Origin: Octopus vulgaris | Lineage: Eukaryota | Length of the DNA stretch: 64,000 nucleotides | Assembly: GCA_951406725.2 (NCBI GenBank) | Contig: OX597826.1 | Coordinates: forward strand, 1,674,001-1,738,000 | Reading direction: 5' to 3' | Shown here: positions 38,457 to 53,316 of the stretch, in pieces | Layout: the number at the start of each line of letters is the position of its first letter | Numbering within the stretch: position 1 is the stretch's first letter | Position numbers and translations under genes: made by a program | Notes under the pieces: generated by a model | Told to the model about the DNA's origin: nothing | Database searches by the model: none | The model's input: only the letters and a program-made list of their open reading frames with translations

Positions 38457-38909
38457 ATGATGATTGCTTCATTTTGAGGGATGATAACCGCCCCATCAAC
38501 ACACACCCCACACCCCATCACACAGCACAATCCCTCCGTTGATGAGCCCTCAGAAGACTTTTAAGACCAGCTGCTGACAGGGTTCAAAAAACAAGGGACA
38601 GATATTATTCAAATTCTTTCTACATCTTTGACCTTTGGCACCACCTTTAAGGATTTTTATTTCAACAAATTGACCCCAGAACTTATTCTTTGTAAGCCTA
38701 CTACTTATTCTATTGGTCTCTTTCACTGAACTGCTAAATTATGGAGATGTAAACACACCAACATCGATTGTCAAATGATGGCAGGAGGACAAACACACAC
38801 ACACAAGGACACAAACACATGAATCTATGTATTATGTGTGATTGAGTTCTGTTGTCAAACGCAAGATATCAGGTAGGTAATAAACTTGAACACCATATAT
38901 ATATATATA

Positions 38910-39139
38910 TTTCTTTACTACCCTCAAGGGGCTAAATATAGAGGGGGAACAAACAAGGACAGACAAACGGATTAAGTCGATTACATCGACCCCAGTGCGT
39001 AACTGGTACTTAATTTATCGACCCCAAAAGGATGAAAGGCAAAGTCGACCTCGGCAGAATTTGAACTCAGAACATAACGGCAGATGAAATACGGCTACGC
39101 ATTTCGCCTGGCGTGCTAATGTTTCTGCCAGCTTGCTGC
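38910..39139 (-). mobile_element. SINE, family C
   Basis: Reverse complement of 50899-51122. Confidence 0.85.
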
Positions 39140-39166
39140 TTTTTTATATATATTTATATATATATA

Positions 39167-39732
39167 CACAGACATGCAGGAAGTAAATAGACACCTTTAA
39201 TTTTCAAAATTTCTAATCTAAGCATCTTAATATTTTCAGTGGTGTAGAATTTACAATGTAATTATTCTTTTTCATTCCAGGTGCCATTATATTAAACATT
39301 TGCAAAGAGTAACCATGCCACTCACAAAAAGTTCAGCAGAACTGTCAGATTTTCAAAGTGGTCATATTGTTGGGCAATCTGAGGCTGGTGAAAAATTGCT
39401 GAAAATCTTCAAATTCCTGTTGCAACTGTTAATAGAATTATAGAGAAATTCAAAAGCCAAGGAAAAGAACCAACAGATTTTTGTCCTGGCCGACCTGGGC
39501 CCTTGGAAAGGAAGCTTCGCTATTTGAAGAGAATTGTGGAAAACAAACCCTGTTCGAAGGCTTCTGACATTGCAAAACAGCCAGAAGTTAGTCCAAGAAT
39601 GTGTGTTACATATCTGCATAATCTTGGCTATTATGAACGAGCAGCCAGAAGAAACCCTCTCCTTCAACCAATTAATATAAAATGAAAGATTTTGAAAATT
39701 AAAGGTGTCTATTTACTTCCTGCATGTCTGTG
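39167..39732 (+). mobile_element. Internally deleted Tc1-like DNA transposon
   Basis: Perfect 44-bp TIRs cacagacatgcaggaagtaaatagacacctttaattttcaaaat with TA on both sides. A frameshifted N-terminal paired-like HTH starts at ATG 39315 (ELSDFQSGHIVG...ATVNRII...GRP...RAARRNPLL). No DDE domain. Confidence 0.9.
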
Positions 39733-39919
39733 TATAGTCACCTGACAAGGTGTATCTGCACTGAAGGATGTACTATAACCAGTTGTATATATTTCTTTAC
39801 TACCCACAAGGGGGTAACTGGTACTTATTTAATCGACCCTGAAAGGATGAAAGGCAAAGTAGACCTCGGCGGAATTTGAACTCAGAACATATGTAAACAT
39901 ACCAGTACCGGTTGACAAG

Positions 39920-39966
<47 letters not shown>

Positions 39967-40146
39967 TGTGTATATACATATATATACATGATGAGCTTCT
40001 TTCAGTTTCTGACTACCAAATGCACTCACAAAGCTTTGGTCAGCCCCCAAGGTTATAGAAGAAGATACTTACCCAAGATGTCACACAGTGGGACTGAACC
40101 CAGAACCATGTGGTTAGGAAGCAAGTTTATTACCACACAGCCATGC

Positions 40147-40180
<34 letters not shown>

Positions 40181-41757
40181 TCGTGTATTCTTTTATTTGA
40201 GTTATTTGACTGACCATGCTGGAGCATTGCCTTTAGTTAAAGAAATTGACCCCAGGACTTATTCTTCATAAGCCCAGTACTTATTTTATCAGACTCTTTG
40301 CTGAGACACTAAGTTTCTGGGATGTAAACACACCAACATCAGTTGTCAAGTGATGGGGAGGAGGACACAGACACACAGACACACACATGACAGGATTCTT
40401 TCAATTTCCGTCAACCAAATTCACTCACATGCCTTTGGTTGGACCAAGGCTAAAATAGAAGATGCTTGCCCAAGGTGCCATGCAGCAAGACTGAACCAGG
40501 AATCATATGGTTGGGAAGCAAGCTTCTTACCACACAGCCATCTCCCTGAACTCTCTCTCTCCACTCCATTCTTACACTGGCTACCATTGTTCAGAATATC
40601 CCCCACCACTGCTAATTAGGGTACTTAAGTAACAGAGGCTGTGTACTGCACATATACACATGTGTGAGGTGCAGTGGAACCAAAAGCAGGTTAAGGTAGC
40701 AGGTGTGCAAGAGCAATAAGCACACAAAAATAGATTCTCTCAAATTCCCAAGAAAATCCTTAAAAGTAACTGATAGCTTCTGTTACCTAGGTGACCTAAT
40801 TAACAGTAATAGTGGAGGAGGTGGTGTGCATTCTAGAGGTACAGTGAGCAGAGTATGAAAAATCTTAAAGTTTAGGGATCAATTATTTCTGTTGATAAAG
40901 GGGTTTTTCTAAGGGGGTGAGCCGGCAGAAACATTAGCACGCCGGGCAAAATGCTTAGCAGTATTTCGTATGTCTTTACATTCTGAGTTCAAATTCCCCT
41001 GAGGTCAGCCTTGCCTTTCATCCTTTCGGGGTTGATAAATTAAGTACCAGTTATGTACTGAAGTTGATCTAATCGACTGGCTTCCTCCCCTAAAAATTTC
41101 GGGCCTTATGCCTATAGTAGAAAAGAACAAAGGGGTTTTTCTCTTTAGAAGGAAAGATAGGCTTGTGTATGAACTTCAATGCTACATGGAAGTGAGACGA
41201 TCTGTGAAGACCAAAAACAAATGAAGCAGCCATGCTCTCCAGGGTACACTACATCAATGTGCACTAAAGATGGCATACAAATGGTGGCAGTGTGGTAAGA
41301 AGCTTACTTTCCAACCACATGGTTCTGGGTTCACTCCCACTGCATGGCAAGTGTCTTTTACTATAGCCTCGGGCCAACCAAAGCCTCGTGAGTGGATTTG
41401 GTAGGTGAAAACTGAAAGAAGCCTGTATATATAAGTGTGTGTGTTTGACCCCCTACAACTGTTCAACACCCAGTGTTGGTGTATTTATGTCCTTGTAACT
41501 TAGTGGTTCAGCAAAAGTGACTGATAGAACAAGTACCAGACTTAAATTAGTACTGGGGTCGATTCATTCAACTAAAAATTCAAGGTAGTGCCCCAGCATG
41601 GCCAAAGTCTAATGACAGAAACAAGTAAAAGAATAAAAGAATGTACTGAGGAAAAAAGCTGGGCATAATTAATGAGCTGACGAAGCACAAATATGCAAAT
41701 TAGGCTATTCATTATGGTGCTAGTCTAATGATTGCCTTATACGACTGCTTAATATGC

Positions 41758-42439
41758 CAGTGGTTCCCAAAGTTTTTTGGACTGCGGCTCCCTTGACACC
41801 CAGGCCACATTCCTAGCACTTCAACCCCAACTGACCATCACAAACATTGACCTCTTTCTGAAGCAAATTCAAAGCAACTTAACTTAGGCACAGGAGTGGC
41901 TGTGTGGTAAGTAGCTTGCTTACCTATCACATTCTTCCGGGTTCAGTCCCACTGCATGGCACCTTGGGCAAGTGTCTTCTACTATAACCTCAGGCTGACC
42001 AAAGCCTTTTGAGTGGGTTTGGTAGACGGAAACTGAAAGAAGCCCACCATATATATGCATATATATATATGTATGTGTGTGTATGTATGTGTGTCTGTGA
42101 TTGTCCCCCCAACATCGCTTGACAACCAATAGTTGCGTGTTTATGTCTCCGTAACTTAGCGGTTCGGCAAAAGAGACTGATAGAATTAGTACTAGGCTTC
42201 CAAAGAATAAGTACTGGGGTCGATTTGCTCGACTAAAGGCGGTGCTCCAGTATGGCTGCAGTCAAATGACAAACGAGTAAAAGAGTAAAGGGAGAGTAAA
42301 GAGTAATGAACTGATTATTTTGTTGATCTTACGTGAATCGCTCCCTTGTTACCCCCCCACTTTTGTTCAATGACCCCCTTGGAACTTTCCACTGCCCCCG
42401 GGTGGGGGGACGGAATACTGCCTACTTTGGGAACCACTG
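41758..42439. mobile_element. hAT-like MITE carrying a nested family B SINE (41887-42305)
   Basis: Perfect 16-bp TIRs cagtggttcccaaagt / actttgggaaccactg. 8-bp TSD taatatgc / ttctatgc. Confidence 0.8.
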
Positions 42440-42453
42440 TTCTATGCTATTAA

Positions 42454-42668
42454 CCTCTTAATATTCAGATTATTCTCTTGAATGTATTAATTATTAACTT
42501 CGTTTTGAATTAATTATACAATTCTTATAACTTCAAGATTTCAATGATGAGATTATTTATTTCTATAATGGCATTATAGGGTAGGTGTGAGAGACCAAAT
42601 CTAGCTAGTTGGAATCTAAAACAGGCAAAATATTTGGATCAGATTTGGCCAGTTTAAATGCTAAACGT
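42454..42668. mobile_element. piggyBac-like MITE
   Basis: TTAA flanks. Homologous to 23411-23616. Confidence 0.65.
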
Positions 42669-42865
42669 TTAACAGGAAAAGAAAGCCAGATAGGACTTCT
42701 CTGAGGATCAGTTAACAAATTCCCCCCCTCAACACATCAAAAAGCATAGAAGTGGGTTTACATTTTTATTTTTATCACAGGGGGGTTTTGTAATATGTAA
42801 ATTCATTTCATTGAACTATTTATTATTTTATTATATTAAAAAAGGGTTAAACCCCGTTTTGTAAT

Positions 42866-43183
42866 GAATGACCATGGGATTGCACCTAGAAAGTTCTCCT
42901 CCAAGACACAAGTCCAGACAAATCTTTTTGTGGAAGACCAGCAGTCGCCCATACATACCAGCCTCCCTTCTCTGTGCCACCAATATTGTCCAAGGGAAAG
43001 GCAAAGGGGCCAATACAGCTTGGCACCAGTGATGTTGCAACTTGTTTCTACAGCTGAGTGAACTGAGCAATGTGAAAATAAAGTGACTTGCTCAAGAACA
43101 CAACACACAGCCTGAATGGGGAATTGAACTTGCTACGTCATGATTGTGGGCCTGACACTCTAACCACTGAGCCATGTGCCTTC
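42866..43183 (-). mobile_element. tRNA-derived SINE, family A
   Basis: Homologous to 17103-17430. Confidence 0.85.
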
Positions 43184-43219
43184 ACCTTACTGTATAGGTT
43201 TGAGTTTTTATCGTTTGTC

Positions 43220-43975
43220 CTATTTGCTTCAGTTGCTGGACTGTGGCCATGCTGGGGCACTGCCTTCAAGAGTTTAGATGAACAAATCACTCCGAGGATT
43301 TATTTTCAAGTCTGGTATTTATTCTATCAGCCTCTTAAAGCCAAACCTTTAAGTTATGAGGATATAAACAAACCAACACTGGTTGTCAAGCAGAGAGGTG
43401 AGAACAGACACAAACAGAAACAGACACATGACGAGCTTCCATACAGTTTCCATCTACCAAATTCACTCACAAGGAATTAGTCAACCCAGGGCTATTGTAG
43501 AAGACATTTGCCCAAGGTACTGTGCATTGAGACTGAACCCAAAACCATGTGGTTGTAAAGTGACCACACATGCACCTCAATTATACTTTAGGCATGGCTG
43601 TGTGGTAAGAAGCTTGCTTCCCAACCACATGGTTCCAGGTTCAGTCCCACTGTGTAGCAACTAGGACAAGTGTCTTCTACTATAGCCCTGGGCCAACCAA
43701 AGCCTTGTGGGTGGATATGGTAGATGGAAACTGAAAGAAGCACCTCATCTGTGTGAGTGTGTATCATTGTGTTTTTCCCCCAACCATTGCTTGGTAACCA
43801 ATGTTGGTATGTTTACATCCCCAGTAACTTAGTAGTTCGGCAAAAGATGCCAATAGAATAAGTACTAGGCTTACAAAGAATAAGTCCTGGGGTCGATTTC
43901 TTTGACTAAAGCCCCTTCAAGGCAATGCTCCAGCATGACAACAGTCAAATGAACTGAAACAAGTAAATGGATAAA
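43220..43975. mobile_element. Head-to-head pair of family B SINEs (43220-43575 minus, 43590-43975 plus)
   Basis: Both match the 9165 consensus in opposite orientation, about 15 bp apart. Confidence 0.8.
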
Positions 43976-46536
43976 AATTAAAAACTAAAAGAATAACGTA
44001 CATCCATGTGTATATAATTCTATGCATCAGATAAAATTTAGGCCTAAGTGTAAACACTTAAACTTAAACACTCTGCATATATGAGTATCATAATACAAAC
44101 TGCAAGTGTATATAAATGTATAAAAGGTTATGTATGTATAAGCAGCATTGAGTCTGTATATAAGTGTATGTATATATATATATGTGCGTGTGTGCGTATT
44201 TATTTATGTATATATACATGTGCGATTGTATGTGCATTGTTTATACATGTCTGTGTATGTGCATGTTGCGTATATATGTGTGTGTGTATGTGCATGTTGC
44301 GTATATATGTGTGTGTGTGTATGTTACTTGTTAAGAAGAAGTTTAGTTGTAGCAGAAAAGTTGCATCAGTCGGTTGATTACTATGCATCCATGTATTTGT
44401 GTAGATATGTTTGCGTGTGTGTGTATGTATATATATATGTATGTGAGGGTGTATATATATATGTGTGTATGTGTGGTGTGTATGCCAGGTGTTTTATAAC
44501 AGCAGTATGATTTCATCAGGTGATCACTATCAAGATATATGACTGTATGTATATATATGTATGTATGTATGTATTAAGATATAAGTCTGTGTGTATATGT
44601 TTACACACACATGTATATATGTGTATCAAGATATGTGAATGTATGTGTATCTCTCTCTCTCTCTATATATATACACACACACACGTTTATGAATATCTTT
44701 ATGAAGGAGTGTATGTTTTGTGTGTATGTGTGCCAGATGCTTAGTAACAGCAGTGAGACCTCATTCTGTGTGTGTGTGTGTGTGTGTATACATGTATGTG
44801 TGTGTGAGGGCCATATGGCTAGTAACACCAGTGAAGCTCCTTCAAATGTATGCATTTGTTTGTTTATGTGTGTGTGCAGATGTGTGTGTGTGTGTGTGTG
44901 TATGCATGTGTATTTGTGTGTGTGTATGAATACGCATATATCTATGCATATTTGTGCTTGTGTGTATATAAATAAGCTCCAGATGGTTAGTATGAAGTGA
45001 AACCCCATTAAAAGATGGCTATTGATAAAACCCAACCCCTTTCTTCCGATGTTGCCATTAACAACTACCAACCATTACCTCTCAAGTACTACCACCTCCA
45101 CTGCAGCCAGCACTACAATCACTGCTTTTATCCTTATTCTATTCTCTCTGACAGGGAAATGCAAACAAAACCTTCAAAGTTGCTGAATGAAATCTGGTGA
45201 ACAGAAACAGTATGGAAGCTCAGAAGTGCAAACCTTCCAGTTTTAGAATGATCATTTCTGTATGGCCCCCAGTATAGCACCACAATCTAGCCTTTAGGTG
45301 CCTTTTACAGAAGGGCTCAGTTCTTATTCTCCAGAGCATCAATCCTTTGGAACTTTCCCTCCACTCACATTGATGTTGTTTAGCCCCAGGTAAACCCTCA
45401 TTGAACATGCCTATGATTCAAAGACATTCCAGTCACGGTCATCTTGTCTACTATTTAGATACAGTCCATCCATGACCACAATTTCCAGTGTCCCACTATT
45501 TTTGCAAGACTGTAGGATATAATATGAGGGATATTTGACAGCTATTTCTTGTAAGGTAAGCTACCACATGACACTATTAAAGATATTTCACCCAGGAACT
45601 CCCATCTTATGAAGGGTATGTCACACTTATTCTTTAAAATGGAAGGGTGTTTGGCAGCTGTTTCTAGCAGGCTCTTGTCAAACTGTCTGACCTATGCCAG
45701 TATAGAAAATAGACATCATATGATGAGGATTCTTCCTTCTGGCTAAAATAAAAAATAAAGAACTAACACTACCACTTTAACCATTCCAACATTATCCACC
45801 ATAACAACATCCCTCACTGAATAATGATAATAATAGTAGTAGTAGTAGCAGTAGCAACAACATCTAACAATACCATACCTCAGGAATGAGAACCCAGGTT
45901 CCACCACCACCACCACCACCTATTATCATTTGAGTATTAGGTAATGATATTCGAATGATGATATAACCATTCAGTAATATTTGTATGAGGAAACCCTGAA
46001 CTCACCACCACCACCACCACCACCCCTGCCATCATTACCATCATTACAATCACCATAGGGGTATTGGGTGATAATTGCAAAAAGAGATACACTATTTATA
46101 AAGATGGTTCCAGAAGGCACACCTATCTCTAAGACATCTCTGGCTACCCTGGAAATATCATTGCCACCTGCCAACACCAGCTACTCTACCCATATTTGCT
46201 GATAGACGAACTGACATACTTGTTATATAGCTTCCTGAAGTAACACTACCTACCTATCTACCCTACCTCACCTACCTATCTACCCTACCTCACCTACCTA
46301 CCTTGGTAACTACACCTCATTAACTATGCATACTCCATCATATAAACCAAATATACATTTGCAGGCATATTCATTAACTATGCACAGCATCCAGCCAACA
46401 TCTCAACAAATGCAGCCCCCAACCATGTTACATCATCTGTACGGTGAGCCAACAAAAGAGCCATTAACTTATGTAGTCAACCTGTCTGTTAGAAATAGCA
46501 GCTAAATTTCCCTTGTATCATAAAAAACTGTCTTAA

Positions 46537-46753
46537 CTCTTTAGCATTTAAACCATCCATATCTGGCCAAAATATTCTATTTGTTTCATGCTCAAACTGA
46601 CCAGATACAATCTCTTGTGCCTACCTCACAATGTCATACTAAAACTTAATCATATTATCAAAATCCTGAAGCTACGATATAATTACTTATTAATTCAAAA
46701 CAATGTGAATAAATAAGGATTACATTTGACTGGGTAATCTGATTGCTAAAGGG
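46537..46753. mobile_element. piggyBac-like MITE
   Basis: ttaa|ctctttagca ... tgctaaaggg|ttaa. Confidence 0.7.
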
Positions 46754-46812
46754 TTAATTCATGAAATAATGCAGTTTTTGTAATAGTGAATAAATGGTAG
46801 GGATATAAAGGC

Positions 46813-47131
46813 CTCCTTTAGTCATGAATGACCATGGGATTGCACCTAGAAAGTTCCCTTTCGAGGCACAAGTCCAGGCAAGGTTGTTTTGCGGTGGAAG
46901 ACCAGCAGTCGCCCATGCATACCAGTCTCACCTCACTGTGCCACCAATGTTGTTCAAGGGAAAGGCAAAGGGGCCAATACAGCTTGGCACCTGTGACGCT
47001 GCAACTCATTTCTACAGCTGAGTGAACTGGAGCAATGTGAAACAAAGTGTCTTGCTCAAGAACACAACACACAGCCTGGTCCAGGAATTGAACTCACATC
47101 ATGATTGTAACCCAACACTAACCACTGAGCC

Positions 47132-47133
<2 letters not shown>
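46813..47133 (-). mobile_element. tRNA-derived SINE, family A
   Basis: Homologous to 32455-32762. Confidence 0.85.
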
Positions 47134-47162
<29 letters not shown>

Positions 47163-47268
47163 CAAATATAATTTTATTCTCAATGAGGAAATATATATGA
47201 GGAAGTATTTAAATTCTTTTATATGATGAGATGAAGGGGCCTACTATCTCTAAATGAAAATATATATA

Positions 47269-47301
<33 letters not shown>

Positions 47302-47629
47302 CGCACACAGAACACCTGGAATATCTATGATTTGTATGTCTACTCCATAAGAGTTAACCTGGCGTTAAACAACAATAACAACAAGAATTATTTCTAAGCT
47401 TATAATCTCCTAATCTACTTGAAATGTAACATCAGTGTTGGATGATATGGTGGATTTGAAAGAAATTCAAAATGGTAAGGCATAGAGATAGGACATAGAA
47501 GCGGATAAAGACTCAGGTTTCTAATTCAACACTAAAGAAGATAACTCTGTATGCATCTGGGTGTTTATATATATGTATATATATGTATATATATATATAT
47601 ATGTGTGTGTGTGTATGCATGCATGTATC

Positions 47630-47820
47630 TTTTATTCCTTTGCTTGTTTCAGTCATTTGACTGTGGCCATGCTGGAGCACCACCTTTAGTTGAACAAATC
47701 GACCCCAGGACTAATTCTTTGTAAGCCTAGTACTTATTCTATTGGTTTCTTTGCTGAACCACTAAGTTACGGGGACATTGTCAAGTGATGGTGGGGGGAC
47801 AAACACTCACACACAAATAC

Positions 47821-47851
<31 letters not shown>

Positions 47852-47856
47852 TATAT

Positions 47857-47896
<40 letters not shown>

Positions 47897-48052
47897 CGTG
47901 CTTCTTTCAGTTTCCGTCTACTAAATCCACTCACAATGCTTTGGTTGCTCCGAGGTTATAGAAGACACTTACCCAAGATACCATGCAGTGGGACTGAACC
48001 CAGAGTCATGTGGTTGAGAAGCAAGCTTCTTACCATATAGCCACTCCTGCAC
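47630..48052 (-). mobile_element. Bipartite SINE, family B
   Basis: Reverse complement of the 9165 consensus. Confidence 0.85.
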
Positions 48053-49084
48053 CTCTGTATATATGTATGTGTATATATATGTATGTATATATATATGTGT
48101 AGAATATGGATTCTGGAGTAGACATGAAGCTGTGAACATTAGTCTGTGAATATTGATTTTCCAACCCAATATTTAGATATTATTTGAAAGCGCATGGCTC
48201 ACTGGTTAGTGTCAGGCTTGTAATTGTGAGGATGTGAGTTCAATTCCTGGACGAGGAATCATTTAGATCTCCATGTAGATTTTCATAATTCAGTTTGATT
48301 ACTGTAGAGTTGTTAATTAACTTCTATACAAAATAATATCACTAGTTATGACTTACAGAGCAAGTGTAGAAAATAGCACAAGGTTCTGGGTTCAGTCCAA
48401 CTGAGTGGCACATTGGGCAAGTGTCTTCTACAATAGCCTTGGGTTGCTCCAAATGCAAGTAGATGCTCAACCACAATGTATCCTCAGGGAACACTTTATT
48501 GTATCCCTAACTTCATATAATAAAATGTTCCTTGAGGATTAAAAAGAGCAGAAAGGTGTGAATGAATTAGCTGAGTGCACAGGTTACCGGATCCAGCTAA
48601 AAGACCAGGTGGTCATGTATTCACCTCTTCAGCAAAACACATCCTCCTGTGCCTCTATCATACTTTCATATCCCTCAATACTACACACCACTCAGTTGAG
48701 GACGGGGTCTTGTATCTCGAGTACCTGGTAACCTCACTAGTGCTGGTGCCCTGAAAAGTTCACCCAGTACACTCTCTATAAAGTGGTGGGCATTTGGAAG
48801 GGCATCCAGCCATAGACACCATGCGAAAGCAGACTTTGGAGGTCAGGGCAGTCCTCTGACTCATTGGTTCGTGTCAAACCCGGCAGGGTGAAAGGGATGT
48901 TAAATGATGAGGATTCAATGAATTCTGTCTGAGCCATGGAAGAATGGAAAAGAAATTGCTAAAAAACAATGATGATAATATGTCTACTTGTATATTACAT
49001 AAAATTGAAGATCTTATGCACATATATACACAAATGCATGCGTGTGTGAGTGTGTGTATGTGCGTGCACCTATATATTCATACA

Positions 49085-49620
49085 TGTGAATATACACACA
49101 AATGTATATAGACACACACGCAAACACACAAATATATAGACACACACAAATGTATATAGATACACACGCACTCAAATATATATAGACACACACATACACA
49201 AATATAGACACACACACACAAATGTATATAGACACACATACATGCGCACACACACAAATGTATATAGACACACATGCGTGCACACACACACAAATGTATA
49301 TAGACACACATGCGTGCACACACACACAAATGTATATAGACACACATACATGCACATACACACAAATATATATAGACACACATGCGTGCACACACACACA
49401 AATGTATATAGACACACACGCAAATATATATAGACACATGCACATACACACAAATATATATAGACACACGCACATACACGCAAATGTATAGACACACACA
49501 CACACAAATACATATAGACACACATACACAAATGTATACAGACATACACACACACAATGTATATAGACACTTACACACAAAAATGTATATAGACACACAC
49601 ACACACACAAATGTATATGT
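49085..49620. repeat. Microsatellite-derived minisatellite (~26-32 bp, cacacaaatgtatatagacacacatgcgtg)
   Basis: Repeated aaatgtatatagacacaca core. Confidence 0.85.
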
Positions 49621-50339
49621 AGATACATAGATATAGACACAAGCATATGTCGATAGTCACAGGAACACATATATAGATACATAGACACAGGAACATACAC
49701 ACATGTAGATACACAGAGAGAAACTCTCTCATGTAGATTCATACAAACACTCATATATACACTCTCACACACGTGCATGCATATATAAATGTATGTAATA
49801 ATGATATTAAAGTGATGCTCTTGTAGATCTAATTCCAATCTCCCACTTTCGTTTCAATTTAATTCCACTGAACGTGAAAAAGGGATCTAACCTTAAAATC
49901 TGCTGTCGACAGAATCGAGATACAATTTTCTCTATTAACCCACATAGTTTGATTCATATCAAAAGGTGGTTCGTTTTGGTTTGACATAAAACTTGTGTTC
50001 ATTCAGGAATAATGGCTAATATCCATTATATTAATATCTTTGCCATTACTACGTAATATACTTACATACATATATATTTTTGTTTACACAAAATGATATA
50101 TAATATATACATTTCTGTGGCTTACATTAAATAAATGAAAAATATTTACCACATGTATGAAATAAATATGGAAACTGAAAGAAGTGAGATGGCAGAAATG
50201 TTAGCATGGCCTTGGGTTCAATCCCAGTGCAGTGCCTTGGCCATGTGTCTTTTACTACAGCCACAGACTTTGCCTTTTATCCTTTTGGGGTTGATAAACG
50301 TACTAATTGAACATTGGGGTTGACTGTCTTGACTTCATC

Positions 50340-50550
50340 AGCCAGGTTTTTCGTTGTCCAAACGCTGATCTGGAACCCAACCTAGGTCCCCATATCTACA
50401 GTGTTCACCGCTGGAATAAGGAATGGTTGGAGATCATGCGGTCATTAGCCTCAAATCGCCAGGCCTGGTCGGCGTTTGTGAGAGATGCAGCATTGAGGAT
50501 GAATGAAGCTAGCTCAACCCACCCCGGGTGAATGCTGTTAAAGAAGAAGA
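50340..50550 (+). mobile_element. RTE-type LINE 3' end
   Basis: ...RWNKEWLEIMRSLASNRQAWSAFVRDA... followed by a stop and a short (aag)n tail. Confidence 0.6.
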
Positions 50551-50898
50551 ATTGGGGTTGGTGTAATTGACTTATCTCTTCTCCCCAAAATTGCCGGCTG
50601 TGTGTCAAAATTTGAAAGTGATAGAATTAGCAGTGCGTCTCCAACACTCAACTTGAGATTTTGATGGAGAATATTCATTTATATCTGCTTTAAATAGCAA
50701 ATTATAATCAGAGTGCCAAAGACCAGGTTTAGCCAAGTTTCTATCAAAAGGGTTCAAAACAAAACCAGATTCTAACTGGAGCACCAAAATGCAGCTTTAC
50801 CTTGAGCATTAGGGGGTGGTGGTGGTGGTTAGCTGCTTTAGCACTTTCACTATCTGTGTCCTCATGAGTGATTTTGGTAGATGGAAACTGAAAGAAGC

Positions 50899-51122
50899 GA
50901 GCTGGCAGAAACGTTAGCATGCCGGGTGAAATGCCTAGTGGTATTTTATCTGCTGTTACGTTCTGAGTTCAAATTCTGCCGAGGTCGACTTTGCCTTTCA
51001 TCCTTTCGGGGTCGATAAATTAAGTACCAGTTACGCACTGGATTCAATCTAATCAACTTAACCCTTTGTCTGTCCTTGTTTGTCCCCTTTATGTTTAGCC
51101 CCTTGTGGGCAATAAAGAAATA
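50899..51122 (+). mobile_element. Family C SINE nested in a family B fragment, 16-bp TSD
   Basis: ggaaactgaaagaagc at 50883-50898 and 51123-51138. Confidence 0.9.
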
Positions 51123-53316
51123 GGAAACTGAAAGAAGCACATGTAGGGATGTGCATATGCGTTTTGTGATTGACGTTGGATAACAATTGTAAGCAAGTGT
51201 CAATGTCATGCAAGCGGCAACCACTTTCAGTCTTTTGCGAAAACAGGTCTGTTTCTTTTATATTCTTTTACTTGTTTAAGTAATTTGACTGTGGCCATGC
51301 TGGAGCACTGCCTTGAAAAATTTTAAGTTGAACAAATCAATTTCCAGTGTTTATTTTTACTTTTAAGCCTGGTACTTTTTGCATCCATCTCTTTTGCTAG
51401 ATGACTAAGTTACGAGGATGTAAACAAACCAACATTGGTTGTCAAGCAATAGTGGGGATCAAACACAGCCGCAATGACACACACACACACACACACCACA
51501 CACACACACGATAGGCTTTTTTCCATCTTCATCTACCAAATCCACTCGCAAGGATTTGGTTGGCCCCGAGGCTTTAGCAAAACTTGCCAAGGTGTCACAC
51601 AATGGGACTGAACCTAAAGCCATGTGGTTGGGAAGCAAACTTCTTGCCGCACAGCTATGCCTTCAATTACGTCTGGACATGGATGAACATTACCTTACAT
51701 GGTAAACAGGTGAGGATATTTAGCCAGAGAAAAATCTACCTCAGGATATTCCACGTGAGCATGGAAAACTGGATGTAAACATGATGATGGCATAGACGTA
51801 CACATATGGAGAGAGAGAGAGAGAGAGAGAGTGGGGGAACAAGGGAGAGATTTCCAGTTTAGCCAACACTACTATCAAATACAGATGATGAAAACAAAAA
51901 ACAATAAGAAAAAAATGCCAAACAACACAAACAAAACATCCACTATATTTATATCTAAAATGTAATATTTTTAGCTGTCGACCAATTCTTGGTTAAGAGG
52001 AAATACTAGTCTGCTAGCAGAGAATGGATTTTGATTTGAGATTAGAAAACAAGGAAGTAGAAGTAGAGAATCTGTTGACTGATGCATCCACACACACATG
52101 CTGCACGCATGCACATGCATTATCAGCATCATCATTACCACTAGCATCAGCCATATCATCCCTGTTGCCATTATAATAATCACCAGGATGGTGGTGATTC
52201 ACATCATCACTGCCTCCACCGTCAATCATCATCTAACACCACAACTAACATTATGACTAATAGATCCACCATAAATACCATCCCCACCACCAATGCCACC
52301 ACCAATGCTACCATAATCAAATCATTGCCATCACTACTGAAGTCAGCATCATCATCATCATCCTCAAAACATCATACACACTACCAGCACCTCTATCACC
52401 ACCACCACCACCACCACCCCTAGTGCTCAAAGTAATGCTGGTTTTTGGTGCTCTGACTAGCATCTTTTGTTCTTAACCCTTTTGATACCAACTAGCCCAA
52501 AACTGTCCTTGGCTCAATGATTATGATTTGCATTTTAAAGAGATATAAATGAAAATCTCCCATCAAAATTTCAAGTTAATTTAGGCTCCGAACACAGCTT
52601 ACTAACGACAAAATTGTTTTAATAAATTCATTATTTTAAAAATTAATTGAATCAGAGGTATTGAATATGGTAATGGAAGGATTAAATATTGAAGGAAAAG
52701 TGTAGGTATAAAGAGTTTATTACAATATATGAATTTAAAAGAACATTTGAAGCTCAGCATTGAGGTTTCAAATCCTTACCTTTTTATATGATGAGGAAAT
52801 AAAGAAACCATACCTACATTACAAGTAATAATCTCAGAAAAACACTTTCACCTATGCCATCAATACAACCAAATATTCAATAACACTTACGATCAAACTC
52901 TCATATTCTGCCACCCATAACTCATCTTTTATTTGCTTAAACTCAACAAATCATTTATCTCAAGTTTTTATTTATAATGTATTTCCATTATTTATATATA
53001 ATATGGCAAGCTGGCAACATCATTAACATAGATAAAATGCTTAGTGGCATTCCTTCTGGCTTTATGTTCTAAGTTCAAATGCTACTGAAGTCATTCTTGC
53101 TGTTCGTCCTTTTGGGGGTCAATAAAATATAGCACTGAGGTCGATATCATCAATTAACCCCTTCCCTAAAATTGCTGGCCTTGAGCAAAATCTTGAAATA
53201 CATAAATATTAAGCTATAAATCCTACTAATGGAAACTCATTAACATAGGAAAAGCAAATTACAGCCCAGTTTCTAGGTAAAAGAAACGAAATCATGAAGA
53301 TAATTTTTTGTATATA

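Noticed and set aside
49014-49838. 274-aa Cys/Val/Tyr-rich ORF
   Set aside because: Translation of a CA/TA minisatellite.
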